A stretch of 64,000 bases of DNA from Camelus ferus (Eukaryota): contig NC_045711.1 of the NCBI RefSeq assembly GCF_009834535.1, positions 48,050,001 through 48,114,000 on the forward strand. Direction: 5' to 3'. Position numbers and translations under genes: made by a program. Below the pieces are notes generated by a model that worked only from the letters and a program-made list of their open reading frames with translations, made no database searches and was not told the origin of the DNA. This document shows positions 62,147 to 64,000 of this stretch, in pieces. Each line of letters begins with the position of its first letter. Within the stretch, counting starts at the first letter, position 1.

Positions 62147-64000
62147 TCTTTTTCTTATCTCATGAATTTGTCCTGGTTAGAAAACAAGAGACAAAGTACA
62201 AGAGACAAAGGAGAAATAAAATTATATTGATAAAGAGCTGTTGTATTTTTAAATGGAGATTTTCATACTTTGATGGACAACAGCTGTCTCTCTATACTTA
62301 TAAAACTTTTAATATGCTGTCCAACTTACGTAATTTCCACCTGTAGAGACTATTTACTCATCTCAGCGTGATATGAAATACTTAAAAATATTTTCCCTCT
62401 TAGCCAAATATTCTAGATGGAGTTTTAGTAGAAAATGAGATGTATTTGGATGAGATATATTCTAAGAAAAGAAGTATGTGACCTTTTTAAAAAGTAAAAG
62501 ATTCAACACAAAAAAATAACAAATTCAATACATTCAATATTTGTCAATTAGTACATTGCTTTTACAATCTTTACATTATTTTAAAAAATCACAGTATTAA
62601 TGTAGAATTAAAAATTTGTAGTAATGTTTTTCTGTTTCTTTAAAACTGAGTACTGACATGTTCTTTGGTTAGAGAGATTAAAAAATAAAGATTTTAGTTT
62701 ACAGCTTTTGAAATTTTACTCTCTCTAACAGATTAAGATGGTTTCATTACAATTACCAATTATGTGAAATCAAAGTTTTGTAAAATTAATAAGACTAAAA
62801 TAAATAAATAATAACTTTCCCCCTCAATTCCACTTTTGGTTAATAATAGTTACTGATAAGTCACAGGAAGGGCCTACACAACTTATTTTAAAATGAACAT
62901 TTCCTAGAAGGAACTTTATTAAAATCACTGATAATTTACTCACACTGAACAATAATTCTTTAAAAAAAAATTATTCATCACACACACTGACTTTGTGTCA
63001 ATCCTCTTCCAACTCAGAAAACATTGTCTTTTGTATATATAAATGTATATGTACATATGCATAACTATAACTCCAATCCAAGTCTCCTTGTTTCTAAAGT
63101 AACAACTAAGATGTTTCAGCCGAGTTACAAATACATCCGACCAAAATGCATTTTCTCATTTTGTAGCAAAATTGCTAAAAATCATATTGTTACTTATTCA
63201 TCTAAAAGGTTACAAATCAACTTATATTAACTTAAAATCAGTTATATATTTGAAAATGTGGCCAAGAAATTTAGTGCTTAGTGGAAAGCATACTATGAAT
63301 CTCCTTTATAACCATACCATACATAGCACTTTGCTTCAGCATTCAATGAGCATTTAAATTAGTGTATCTTTTTAAATAATCATTAAAATTATACAAGTAA
63401 CCTACGTGCATTGTCAAGAAGTTTACAAAATACAGCAAAATAAAAAGAGGAAAATTAAATTCATTTGGTTTTTAACATTTAAAATTAAGCAGTGTGGTTT
63501 ATATCACTCCAGAATTTTACATCTATATTCCTTTTTACAGAAAAGGGAATCGCTGTTCATATTATTTTGTAATCCGCTTTTTCAATTGTAATTAAAATTG
63601 TAATTTCTTTCCATGCCAATAGACAAACTTCTCCAAGTATATATAAAGACTTCATGTGATTCCACCAAATGGAAGAATCTTGATTTATTTAATCCATAAG
63701 ATTTTTTTAAAACTTTTTACAGTAGGCATGTTAAAGAATTTTCATTATAGTAAAATCTGGCCTAAGACTTGTTCTGTTTCTCTGAGGAATGTGTAATCTG
63801 GGACTTGGGTGGAGTCTGTGGGCTCTTCAGAGACTCACTGACACCTAATACCCAGGAGACTTTAGTGTGTAAACCACACACTACATATATTTTTAAACCT
63901 CTGAGAGGATTAAAACACAGTGACCCAAATTCTTTTGAAACTGGTCTCTTACAATTCCTTATTTTCCTCACTCTGACCTGAACGTTTTGGGGGAGATAGC

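Noticed and set aside
62173-64000. FBXO47 non-coding 5' exon or promoter
   Set aside because: No CpG island or convincing exon is visible; it probably lies beyond the window.

Overview
Mammalian genomic DNA, probably a camelid (inferred from tRNA-Ala-derived SINEs and L1 3' ends), syntenic with the human LASP1-LASP1NB(LINC00672)-FBXO47 locus. The GC-rich left part holds LASP1 coding exons 2-7 (+ strand; exon 1 lies upstream of the window) and its ~2.9 kb 3'UTR. At 38255-38332 there is an intact 25-aa single-helix microprotein ORF that is too short for the supplied ORF track. The AT-rich right part holds all 10 coding exons of the meiotic F-box gene FBXO47 (- strand, 451 aa; one exon is mostly N gap). 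The remainder is intronic or intergenic DNA with SINE, L1, L2, MIR, MLT2 and MER repeats and four N gaps. Most interesting observations: the microprotein; Pro at LASP1 residue 146, where human has the PKA/PKG site Ser146, with no rodent-type Thr156 substitute; and a mirtron-like hairpin ending at the intron 5 acceptor. Comparisons to human and mouse sequences are from memory and need confirming by alignment. Repeat boundaries are approximate.
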